From: Antedon mediterranea
Lineage: Eukaryota > Animalia > Echinodermata
Assembly (NCBI RefSeq): GCF_964355755.1
Contig: NC_092672.1
Span: 13,144,001-13,208,000 of the forward strand
Direction of reading: 5' to 3'
DNA length: 64,000 nucleotides
Position 1 is the first letter of the stretch; each line of letters starts with the position of its first letter. Under the pieces are notes generated by a model. The model was not told the origin of the DNA. It did no database searches and saw nothing but the letters and a program-made list of their open reading frames with translations. The position numbers were made by a program, and so were the translations under genes. Positions 49,801 to 61,916 of this stretch are shown in pieces.

Positions 49801-52800
49801 TCAGACAAAATCATGGATTTTACATTTTATTGTGCCACACCACGAGTTGACGTTGATGATAATACGATGTCTACGTTTATTGGCGGATATAGTGGCAGTG
49901 ATCATCAAACAAGTGATATACAAATCGGAAAAATTGTAACTGAAATTGGCGAAGATTTTCTCGGTCGTGAAATAACATGGAACGATGGATCCAAAGTAGG
50001 AGTGATATTGGGCAATGAAACCATGTTTCCAGCTGGAACTCGTGTCCACCTCGCAACTCCGGAAAACTCCAATGCATTGCGTGTGTTTATTGACTCTGCC
50101 AGTGGCGTTAATAAACTGGGAGCATTTTACGCAAAAGCTAATAAATTACGAATGTGTAGTTATATATCTAGCGAAATTGTGTCAATCATCTTAAGTAAAC
50201 ATGGTAAGTTTTTGAAAAATCTTTCCACGGTAAGAGAATTGAATGATTATGACGTTGGTGGGACACGAGGTGCACATTAGCGACCATACTATAATTATTT
50301 ACATATTGTATATAATGATAGGCCTATATGAAAGAATGCAAAAGACCAACTGTGTTTTAATGTTTATCTATAGACCGACCATTTATTACCATCAATATAC
50401 CATTGAAAAAAAAGTGTATCCAGTCAAAACAATCATCAATTCAATTTTGGTCTTCATCAAATACAGCATGTTGAAGTTGTAATAATATAATTTAGAATTA
50501 TAATAAATTATTATTAATAGTTTCTAATACGGAATTTTATAGAATATGTTTATTGTTTAGATTTTACTTTGTCATACTGTTCAGTCATTAGTTAATGTTA
50601 ATTATAATCTTGTAGCATCAGTAACGTCTGTTAGAAGAACTTGGACAACAGGTACAGGAGAACGTGTAATGATGAACATGGTTGCTGACAACTCGACAGA
50701 TAAATGGTGGCGCCACAACGGCATTACTTTAAACGAATGGAACAACAGTCTTTTTATCAAATTAGATGTAGTAAGAAAACAAGATGCTGGAATATACGAA
50801 TGCTTACCTACAGAAAATTGGGAGAATGGGAATAAAGGAATTACAAACTTAATTGTCAGAGGTAAAATAATTGTTTACTTAAAATGTTCAAATGCTAACA
50901 GGCTTGTAATAAACAATCGATTATTACTTCAAAGAAGTGACATTTTATTTTCAGAGTGTCCTCTTCGTAAATGGGGACCACCTCATTGTTTACGGAACTG
51001 TCCAACTTGTTACAATGGCGGAGTTTGTGATGACGTAACAGGATCATGTGTCTGTACCGTTGGGTTTCGTGGTGTCAATTGTGAAATAGGTGTGTGTGTT
51101 ACCTTCTTTGTTCCTATAACTTATGTACAATTGTATACCGTATAAGATACAAAATATAAACACATATCAAGCCAAGTTTCCAATAATCAAATTTTTGTAT
51201 TTAAGACCCGGCAAGACATAGTTCAACTGATACTTCAACGGGTTTTATATTAATTCATGTTTTCAGATTGATCTCAAACCTGCTCAATAATAATTTCGAC
51301 ACTAAAACAAATTGTTGCACATTAACAATTCAATCAATTCACAGCACAGTTCTTGATCATTTGTGTACATGCCAAGTTGAACTTACGTTCTGTACATCCT
51401 AGGTCTACATTTAAATAATTACTAACAATAATTCATAAGTATCTACCTTATTATAGGCAAACCATGTACGGTACAATATTACGTAATACGATATTGTAAT
51501 TTCAAGAAAACCATATCCTGAAATATTATTTATAACTACATCATGAGATAGTTTTCTTTCTTTCCTAAAGGTGAATACTACTGTACATAACAAAGTATTT
51601 AAAAAAAAACCTCAAGAGAATGTAACATATATAACATAACAAGTATCAGTTAAGGTAGTAGTAAAATATTATGAAAAAAACTTATTTTTCATTACTTTTA
51701 TTTGAAATATAGCATGTGGTTCGGATACGTTTGGAAGACATTGCAGTATGTTTTGTTCAAGTAAGGATATCGAATCGTGTATGGGAAAGGTGATATGTCC
51801 GCCGTCACCACAGGGATGTTCGTGCACCGATGGATATACTGGTCCAGACTGTCTTGACGGTACGATACATCTAATATTTATTTTTACATAATATCAATTA
51901 TATTCAGGGCTTGGTTTCTGAGTTTATTTAAAATAAGTATTTCATTTTATTATGTCTTGGCCTCCATAAAAAAGTCATAAGTATATTTATATACTGTACT
52001 CACTAATTATATTATATATATATATATATACCAGTTGGTCGAAGTGACCATTGTTGTATTTTGTTGGAACCATCAACCAATCTTGCAGATGATAAATTAC
52101 AAGCCGGCACATTTGCTGTTTCGTCCACTAAGAGACTCCTCGATCAGATCATTTGGACAATGGATGACTTTGCATGATTGGAATCATCGTAGTGCTTATG
52201 AAAACTCTTCAGATTTTTTTGGAAATTTTTAATCAGGAGCTCAACAGTGCTTTTGAAGAGCATTTTCCTCACATTTTCACTAACAAGAGATTGAATGACA
52301 AGCCCTGGTTTACAACTAAATTAATAAAATTAATTTTGAAACGCCATGTGGCTTACCGAAATGGACAGGATATCCAGTAGAAAATCTTACGTTGTAATGT
52401 ACAGCAGGAAGTCAAACTAGCGAAGGCTTCGTTCTATGAAAAGTCTATTGCTCCCTTGAAAGGGAACAAACCTGGAAAATGGCACCGCAGTGTCCAGAAG
52501 CTCTGTAATATGAGAAAGAAATCAAGTCGTATTCCTGGCTCTGATGTTGACCCTATAAATACCGTTGAATGCATCAATAGCCATTTTGCACTTAATCAGC
52601 TTCCGGCTTTGAATATCAACAAGCTACCAGCCTTCCTCCCAGCAAGTGAACCACCAGTTATACATGAATGGGAAGTTCGTAAGGCTTTGAATGAATTGAA
52701 CTGTAAAAAATCAAGCCACCCATCAGACTTACCAATTAAAATAATTAAGGAATTTGCTATTGAACTTGCTAATTCGCTAACTAAATTATTTAATACCTGT

Positions 52801-55800
52801 CTCAATGAGGGAAACTCTCCACGTCAGTGGATAACTGCTACAATAGTTCCAGTTCCAAAACAAAACAAGATCCGCTCCTTTGATGATCTTCGTCCAATAT
52901 CATTGACGCCGGTCTTTGCTAAGATTTTTTAGGCATTTATTGCCAAAAGGATTATTGACGATATTGATAATAAATTAGACACTAAACAGTATGGTAATAC
53001 TAAAGGTTCATCTAATATACATTATCTTGTGGATATGTTAAATCATATTTATATGAAAGTCTTGACAAGCCCAAACAATCAGTTGAACTCTGTACAATTG
53101 ATTTTACTAATTTCTACTTCTGTGTGAAAGAACTCATACTACCAAACTTGGCACGCACATTTCTTTCACCAAATCAATCTCTTGTGGAGTACCACAGGGA
53201 ACCAAACTGGGACCCGTATTATTTTTGGTTCTAGTAAATGATGCTGCCATTGAAAGTTGTACACGTTGGAAATTTGTGGATGACCTTACTCTAGGGGAAG
53301 TAACCAAATGTGGTGCTTCCTCTAACTTAGAGAGTGTCCTTAATAGTGTCAGTGAATGGTGTGCATCTAATGATGTTCTACCTAAAGCAGCTAAGTGCCA
53401 AGTAATTGAATTTAATTTTTTAAAGCAACGGCAGCTTAATTTAGTATACACTATTGATAACTTTAATCTTCCAATAGTTAATAAGTTAAAATTGCTTGGT
53501 GTAATAATCCAAAATGACCTCAAATGGGGTTCAAATGTTAATAATATAACATCAAGAGCCTCACTTAGGCTATTCTCATTATGTATCCTGAAAAGGTCTA
53601 ATGCACCAGTCAGTAACCTGGTTACAGTATTTACATCATATATCAGACCTGTGCTGGAATATGCCTGCCAGGTTTGGCATTCATCAACAACTGTTCAGCA
53701 ATCTAATTTAATGAAAAAAATTAAAAAACGGGCATTGCGCATAATTTTAAGCCAACATTACGTTAGCTATGAATTAGCCTTAGAACACATAGGTTTGCTT
53801 TCTCTAAAGTCCCGTAGAGAACAGATTCTTCTAAAGTTTGGCAAGAGTCTTTTAGAATCTACCAAATTTAGAAATATGTTACCAGCATATCTGATAGGCA
53901 TTCAAGATCGTTAAGGATTAATACTATTTTAAATAGCAAATAACCCATTGGAACACTTTAAATTTAAGCATAAAACGTGATAGGTTTTAAGTAAATCAAA
54001 CATAATTATATCATATACCACAACAAAATGTATACATTTATTTGTCTGAAAAACTGTTTCAGCTATCATTTTCTGTAGGCCCTAAAACTTTTTAAAAATG
54101 TAATTTTTTAGCCTTTTATTGTTTTTGGCTGTCTCTACAAATCTATACAGGCGACTTATGTCTGATTTTGCTTGCATGTGCCACATTTAAGAGAACCTAA
54201 AGAAGAGAAAAAAAGATAATAATTGTTTTCTATTAATGTTTTATATTACGTTTATATGCTTCTATTCGTGCGCAATTAATTATCGTGAGATTCTGAAAGC
54301 GTTAGTGGTTGGTTAGTGTGTAAAAAAAAACCAAAACAACCTTTAAATTTGTATAATGATTACAAATAGTATATTGATTAAGTTAACAAGGGTATAAATT
54401 TGATTATGGACATTTTGTAGAATGTTCTTCTGGAATGTATGGCTCTGATTGTCAGCAGAGGTGCCAGTGTGACGTCAGTCATTGTGATCGAAAGTTTGGA
54501 TGTAATGGAATATGTTACGAAGGATATACTGGACCTCAATGCCAAGGTAACCAAACTTAATCGAAGTAGTTAAATATTTCAACATAATAATCACCTATCT
54601 GTCGAGTACGATATCCTATTCAGAAACACACTGTATAATGCCCTCCGATTGACTAGAATGATAATGATGACGGTGCTTGAATAACATTAAAAACATATAA
54701 AGCTAACAACTAGGCTTATACTCAAATTCCTAACTGGTGCATCATGCGTAATCTTTGCTTACCATTTTTAAATATTTTAAGTGTATTTGGAGTCCGTTGC
54801 AGCTAAAATGGTTTTATTGTTATTCACACATAATCCTAAATTTATCGTTTTCGATTTTTTTAGATTTTCATATAATATATTATATTTCCGAAAAGCCGAT
54901 TATTATTGTTTCACACGTCTTTTTGGTATAATTGTAAGTAATTCTTTGTATGCGTCTGTGAACCTCAACACCAAGTAATTGTAATCAGAGTGGTCTCAAC
55001 TAACCCCTGTACATCTACTTCTCGGACAACTGCCACCCGAACAAACCACCCTCCATACCCATTAGGACAATGTTTTTTTAAATGTGGCCTCACTAAACTC
55101 ACTTCTATTTAGTTATAATAGAGCCATGTTCTCAAGTTTTCTTGAAATTCCGAAAGGAAAATTCAATTTGTTCTGGTTTGGACCAGTCTAACCTTTGACC
55201 ACAAATGTTGAGTGTTTCTATTTAAATTCGTGTAATTCTGTACCAAATCGCGTTTCAGCTTTGATATTGTACAATTTTCATTGTCAAAATATTTGTGAAA
55301 CTGTGTTTTTAAAAATATGTCATCAAGATCCATTTTTGATAAAAATAAATTCGGGAACAATTGTAATTTTGAATAAAAAAATTCAAAAAGTACAATTTTG
55401 ACCAAACCACTTTACCATATTATTATTTGCATGTAAACTTCATGTTTTGTATCATTAGATTGATAATTAGAAATAGCTCCTATAGGGTACTTCATTTGAT
55501 AATGTTACATCAGTCAGTCCAGATGTTTATAGATTTAAAAAAAAAGTACTAGGTACTAAAATCAGATTAAAAAAAAAGGTTTAAAAAGTATTGTAACTTG
55601 TTTTGGGTGACCAATATTTTTCATAGGTTTCCTGGAAAAATAGGACGACACACGAGTTTCCTTTCTAAAGGTCCCTTCGTGTCGAGTGCCACCAAACGGC
55701 GCTCATTCGTATGTTCGCAACGACATGGATTGACCAGCCCATCGGGGTAACCTCTACTTTTCCGAAAGCACATACGAGGGTTTACACTGGACCTTCAGTT

Positions 55801-58800
55801 TTAAGTCATTATCCGCGAAGGCTTGTACTACCATAACAATGGTCAATGAGTGACTTGATTACCTAAAAAATTAAAATAAAAAATACAGTAGACCAATAAT
55901 GATGATGAACATTTTAAGTGGGAAAAGGTTGTCATAGAGAGTGTCTATAGTAGATTTTGGGGTGGGATATTTCTTTAGTCAAACCACAAAATATTAAATG
56001 ATATTGAGTTTCTGATTTAAAGGGTAGGGCATTGGACAAGGAAGTTGCTTTAAATTAAAAAAATGTTACAATATGAAGAAAGAGAACAATGAAGTAACTC
56101 TTTGAAGCACTGAATGGGATCTTTGTGGGTCCTGGTAAGATGGAATCTAGGGTAGTCCGGCGCGGAACCGGTGCAGCCCTAATAGCCACACTGCCTATTT
56201 GTTGCACCATCACCCGGACAACTTAAGAGTGCTGTTACAGTAGGCCTATATATTTTGTAATGTTATGTAAGAAATAGGCTACAGTTGTTTTCAAGGAGTG
56301 GTTAGTATTTTCTATGCCTAATATTGGACCAATTGCAAAAGGTTTATGGATACTTTTTAACCGTAATTTGTTATTGCAAAATGCGAACAAATTAAATGAA
56401 ATAATTAATTAGCTTCGTACAGTTATCCAGGGGTGTATATGTTGTCCTGGAAGGTAGTTGTCCAAAAGGTTAATTGTACTTGGAGTAAATATCCTACGGG
56501 TGATTGTTCAGGCGGTAGTTGTCCGAGGAGGATAGTTGTCAAGGTTGTAGTTGTCCTGGTGGTGATTGTCAAAATAAAAGGTAGTTGTCCGAGAAAGAGC
56601 TTCTTCCAAGAACGATCTACCACTGAAATGTAAATTTAAATGTTATTTTAATTTCAGAATTGGTGCATGATCGTACTTGTTCCAATGGTCACTTTGGTGC
56701 TTTGTGTAACTATCCTTGTCACTGCCAACACTCATCAAATTGTCATCGTAATGGAAGCTGTGATAATGGATGTACTTCTGAATGGACAGGGACCGACTGC
56801 AGTATTGGTATGTTTTACACAAGCATAGGTGTAACGTTAGTTTTAGGCAAAATAATTCGCCATCTAAGGTATATTTTAGTTAAATAGGTAATATTTAAAG
56901 GTTTGCATGGCAAAATTTTTTTTATTAAAGTTAGATTTGAGGTAAATCATATGATTTCAAAAGATGCATGATTGAGTATTCCTACTTTAATGTGTAATTT
57001 TATCTTTAAAGGGTATCTGTAAGGTTTCATTGATTGAATATTATATAATCGATTAGCTTAATCATATCAACAAAGTCTTGGAAATTTTAAATCAATGTGA
57101 TAGATGCAGATGAAGACTATGCTTACTTACTACAGTAAAATCACAATTACCTTTCCGTGTAAAGGTATAGTCATTATATCAAAAATTAATTGTACAAAGA
57201 TAATAATTAAAGTACATCAATTCTGTGTAAATTAATACAGCTTTGCCGTATATATTGAGAAGATTGAACGTGACTGATATACGAGCAACTAGTATAGATG
57301 TGTCTCACTTATGGGTATTTGGCGAAGACTTTGGAACTGGACCCGCTACTGCTTATGTATTGTGTTACCGTAGCACCACCGATTGGTTTTGTCAGAAAAC
57401 AATACAAAGTCTGTCAACAATCAATGACTTAATACCAAACACAACAATTGAAGTAAAGGTTCAAGTTTTCAAAAGGATTGGTTATGATGACATTGGAGGT
57501 CCTATGATAACTGTTACAAGAATCAGAACTATTTGTCTTGGTAAGTTCTAAACTTGATCAATTAGTTTAATTTGTCTAGTTTTGTTTATAGTTTAAAAAT
57601 AAAAATAAACTCTATACAACTCGCAACAAAACGTATTCTCAGCATTATAATCTCTTTTCCTTTTTATTTTTTTTTTACAAAATTCAGTTCTCACCCTTTT
57701 GGTGACGACAATATTGTCATTAAAACTGAGTGTGGTAGAATAATAATTGACAATTTTATATACAATACTGTTTTATTTTTAATTTTATCTTTTTGTATTC
57801 ATTTTATTGTAAAAACCTGTACAACCAATAATGGAAGTATAATTACATGTACAATATATAATATATATATATATATATATTATATTGGTTGAACATAACA
57901 TTTACGCATAATATGACAGGGAGTATATCTTAACTGTAATGTTAGTACAATTTAATACAAAATCAAATATAGACTAGAATATAATAGAGCACTGGAAAGG
58001 TAAGATTTACTAAGATGAATTATCAATTACAGAACCTCTTGATTCGCCAAAGGTAGAAACATTGTCAACCATCAAGGACACCATTGTAGTAAAATGGAAG
58101 GTGGGCATTTTCAATGTATTTTTTAATTACCTTATTGTTGTTGTAGCTTAATAATACATCCATTTTTTGAGCTAATGTATTGTTTTATCTGCCTTAAAAT
58201 TTGCCAGTCACAAGTATATAGACAGTATCGAATTTGATCGATAAACTTTTAAGTATTAATAATAATGTAAACGACATTTTACTGTAGTTAGGTTTACTTT
58301 TTCGAAGGCTGTAGATTTCAATCCTACGCGGTTGCAGTGTGACAGTTTATTACATTACGACGTTGGTTACCAAACTGGGATTAACGACGCTTGGGAAACA
58401 TTTCAAGTTAATTATGATCAGACCGAAGCAACTATTAACTTTTTAGCTTATGACATGGTATATCAAGTTAGAGTTAGGGCAGTGAATACAGCAGGAATTA
58501 CAGGACCATGGAGTGAAATATGGACAATTAAAATTCCAGAAAATAAAACAGGTCAGGTTTCGTTCTTTATAATTGACAATAACTCAGACTCTATAGACTC
58601 AGCATTAGTGCGCTTACCGGTAAAAAATCAAAATGCCAGAAAATTTCAAACAATAGTAAACGATATTTTGAAATAGTTGTGTTTGTTACTCTTGTTTCGA
58701 TACTTTTTTCCATCTTCTAACTCTCATCTACTAGGCCTAAGTAAACGAATTGCTTATACATTGATTTACACTCATCTACTAAAACGAATTATTTATACAT

Positions 58801-59452
58801 TTGCTTTCATCTACTAAATTATTTAATTGTTTATACATTTTCTTATTTAGGATCAAAGATAGCTATATATGTGCTCTCATCAGTTGTCGCATTGTTAGTT
58901 ATTTCTACCGTTGTGGTTCTTGACAAATTGAGGTATGTGTCGAATGACCCTGGTTAGACATATATTGCAATTAAGTGTATTCATTTGAATAATCAACTGA
59001 AACTTACAACATTTCATCTCTCATCAGTAACGCCATAACATTATTTAAACCTTTATCATTGAGTAATAATTATGCTTACTAATTCCTATTTCAGACGAAT
59101 GAAACGCCAGGTTAACGGATATAAAAAGGATTATGGGAACGTTCAGATTAACACAATATCAAAACCGTCACAAAATTACCAAGACGACAGTTACACTTCA
59201 CTGCAAAAAGAAGCGCGTTGTTTGGCAGAATCCCCTAACAATACCTACGAACAAGAAACCCCAAAAGACGAGATATTTTATTTGAACGTTACCAATTTAT
59301 CCCAAAATAAACAAACAGAAGACGCCATAGCCGATACTGATACAACGTATGATGAAATCTGTGTTGGCGGCTTAGAGAAGGAAAGAGGAACTGATGCTCG
59401 AAAAAAACCTCCGGTGCCTAAGAAACCAACAATTACGAATGACAAAGAATAA
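43815..59452 (+). CDS. Tie-like Ig/EGF/FN3 transmembrane receptor without kinase, copy 3 (complete, 19 exons, 1276 aa)
   Basis: Exons: 43815-43881, 45071-45439, 45956-46210, 46767-46898, 47338-47472, 48188-48319, 48424-48588, 48831-49151, 49805-50203, 50616-50861, 50955-51089, 51713-51859, 54421-54546, 56658-56807, 57241-57540, 58033-58100, 58308-58551, 58851-58932, 59095-59452. They sum to 3831 nt (1277 codons including stop), and every intron is GT..AG. Confidence 0.9.
44259..44563. mobile_element. Kolobok-like MITE in intron 1 (copy 3)
   Basis: Same position and sequence as 23965-24269, with TTAA flanks. Confidence 0.75.
47501..47667. repeat. ~165-bp dispersed structured repeat (same intron position as 27262-27426)
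   Basis: Direct identity. Confidence 0.8.
49218..49766 (-). mobile_element. 549-bp retro-insertion with a (CTTGA)n-type tail (copy 3 intron 8)
   Basis: TATTA duplication at 49213-49217 and 49767-49771, (TCAAG)3 at the left end, and an empty site in copy 1 (~3390). Confidence 0.65.
52035..53914 (+). mobile_element. L2/CR1-group LINE reverse transcriptase pseudogene (copy 3 intron 12)
   Basis: Reads DKPWFT, TIVPVPK, DDLRPISLTPVFAKIF, CGVPQGTKLGPVLF, WKFVDDLT and IRPVLEYACQVWH, with stops, a frameshift and an internal deletion. The whole copy-specific segment is ~51924-54244. Confidence 0.9.
55019..56594. mobile_element. Foldback/TIR element with GGACAACT repeats (copy 3; same as 14691-16244)
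   Basis: Same ends and interior as the copy 1 element. Confidence 0.55.
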
Positions 59453-59813
59453 CACAATTTGTAGGCGTATAACACATGAAAAATCTTTAAATGCATTCTG
59501 CTTATGCAGTAAATATGTCATAAATATGGCTACATAGTTTTCTATAAAATATATAATTTCTTGAATCGCAGTGACCAAGTTACGATTAACGCGTTTTTAT
59601 TAAATATTAAAATGACTTGAGTGTTTTGTATCTGTTTTTTTTTAATTTATAATAATAGGTAAAATAAAATATATGCTAATTCTGCCAAGTGAAATACTGT
59701 TTATGAATGATTTGTTTTCTCTTTTGTGGGGATTTTACATTACATTTTTATCATTATTATATTGAAAACAATTGTTAAAAATGAAAAACAATGCACATCT
59801 AAATTTAACTTAA

Positions 59814-60339
59814 ATATGTATTGTCCCTTGAAACACAAAAAAATGAAGGTCAAAATATTCAAAATTTAAATTGGCCATATCAAAGTAATATTAAAGTTAT
59901 TCACTTTAAGTCGAAAATTCGAGCCAAAAACAACAAGTTTACGTAATTAACAGGTAGATTAATTTGATTACATTTCGTCTGGAAAATCGTCGGGAGCGAA
60001 AGTAAACAAAGATTTCAAACCATGAGTATGCACGATGCTAATTAGGATTGTTTACCACTCGTCACGGTTGATGAGAAGGTGTTTCGATTGCGCGGAAATT
60101 CTATGATTATGCATAGAGAGTAGCCGTTGCATTATGAGATATATTTTGATCGAAAACTTTGACTGGAAGTCAAAGTTATTTTTTGGAAAAAAAACGTCTG
60201 TATTTCAGTTAAATTATTTTTTTTTCGACAAATTTTTTGGTGAAAATTAATAACTATTATGATACTTCAAAATGACCCACTTTTTTCGAAATCTTTTATT
60301 TTTTATTTTTTTGGAATTAGTCAAAGGGACAATGCATCT
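59814..60339. mobile_element. Kolobok-like MITE downstream of the 3' UTR
   Basis: TTAA|ATATGTATTGTCCCTTGA ... TCAAAGGGACAATGCATCT|TTAA. Counterparts at ~19495 (interrupted by the LINE) and ~41734 (right TIR deleted). Confidence 0.7.
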
Positions 60340-61916
60340 TTAATGGATGAGCTAAGTATTTGAAAACGCAAACTTTGTTTTAATGCATATTCAAATGCGG
60401 GATGCGTGCGGGATTAGGTTTCTATCTCAACTTTCCTACTTATATAAATATTATAATTATGTAGTATCGTACGGTATTACATCATTGTTTTCTTTTACAT
60501 ATTATAGTAATGTCTCTTCATCTCTTAATAGCCTTTTGAATAAATATGTTATATTACTGTAAAGGTTACTCTTTGGTTAGGTGTCATTTATAGAACGACG
60601 TAATATAGTACAATATAAATACGTAGCAATATTGTTAGGCTAACTGTATGTATTTGTAACAGGCCACGGTTGAAATTAACTACTAACTAACTAACTAACT
60701 ACTAAAATCGAGTCATCATTTCATTTCTTGTACATAATGTAGTTGCTTTTAGTATTGTTGATACATTGTTGTAGGCCTAAAATTCGAAAGGGGGACTTTA
60801 AAACAATCAAACGTTACTGCTGTGACGCAATTTATTACGTTACACGACTGTCCTTCTGCTTTGAGCCATTTTTTACTTTTATATTATAACACCTAAATCT
60901 ATCCCTGTCATTTGGGTCACATGGTGTGAATAGTACGCAAGATTTAACGATCGTTAAATATTGTGTTTTTTTCACGTACGAAAAAAATTCTCATACGGAA
61001 AAAGATTACTCTGATACTGAACATGAAATATAACAGCGCCGACAAATGTTAAATTTATAACAATATTAAACACTGACTGACTGCTGGCGGAATGTTTTGA
61101 TAGAATATACGTACTAATTTAGACTAAAAAGCATTTAAATTAGCTTTAGATCGTTTATATGATTTTGATTTTTGATTAATTAATGGAAACTCTTAAGACA
61201 TGGAATCGTTGGAAAAACAGAGTTAGCCTAGATCAGTTTTAGTTACCTGGCTAAGTTTCGTAATGGTATCGCCAGGGGCGCAGCCAGTGGGTAGTCACAG
61301 AGAGACCTCGATATAAAATTATAATAAATATTTTAGATGTATATTTGGGATATAAGCGGATACATACCCGTATCTAAATATTATCTAAAGCAGTATATTG
61401 TCAAATCAACAGTGCCTGTTTTTAAAACTTGTGCTACACTGTTCCTCTCTTTTGTTATTGCTCTGTATAGCCTAATAAAATGTATGCAATCAGTTATTAT
61501 TCAGTTTGTTTGTTATTATTCTTATGTTATCCTGTTTTGAATATGTTTGTATTGGTTTATTATCTTAAACCAGCTTCTAAGTTGTATATTTACTCGTTCT
61601 CATTCTTGAAAAGCATTTTGTAAAATCCGGCGGATAAACATAAACACTTTTTTTAGATTATATTCTACTACTATTTTGTTAAGATGAACTATTATTTGTT
61701 TTGCTATATCTTCCGTAAAATTTACCATTGGAGCGTAATTTTGTTGATACGAACTCCTTTTGTATTTTTCTATTGTCTGATTTACTCCATGGAGTGAGGG
61801 TGACTATGTTAAAAAAGTTACAAAGCCACACGGAAATGAACGTATAATAATGAATTCAATTTCAAAGATAAACTAGTTACACTTAGTTAATCGTCACATA
61901 CTTACTGCTTACTACC

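Noticed and set aside
43815-59452. Naming the gene TEK/TIE1 or MEGF10/Draper
   Set aside because: There is no kinase domain and the head is doubled (not Tie proper). It has Ig and FN3 domains and no EMI domain (not MEGF10). No symbol was assigned.
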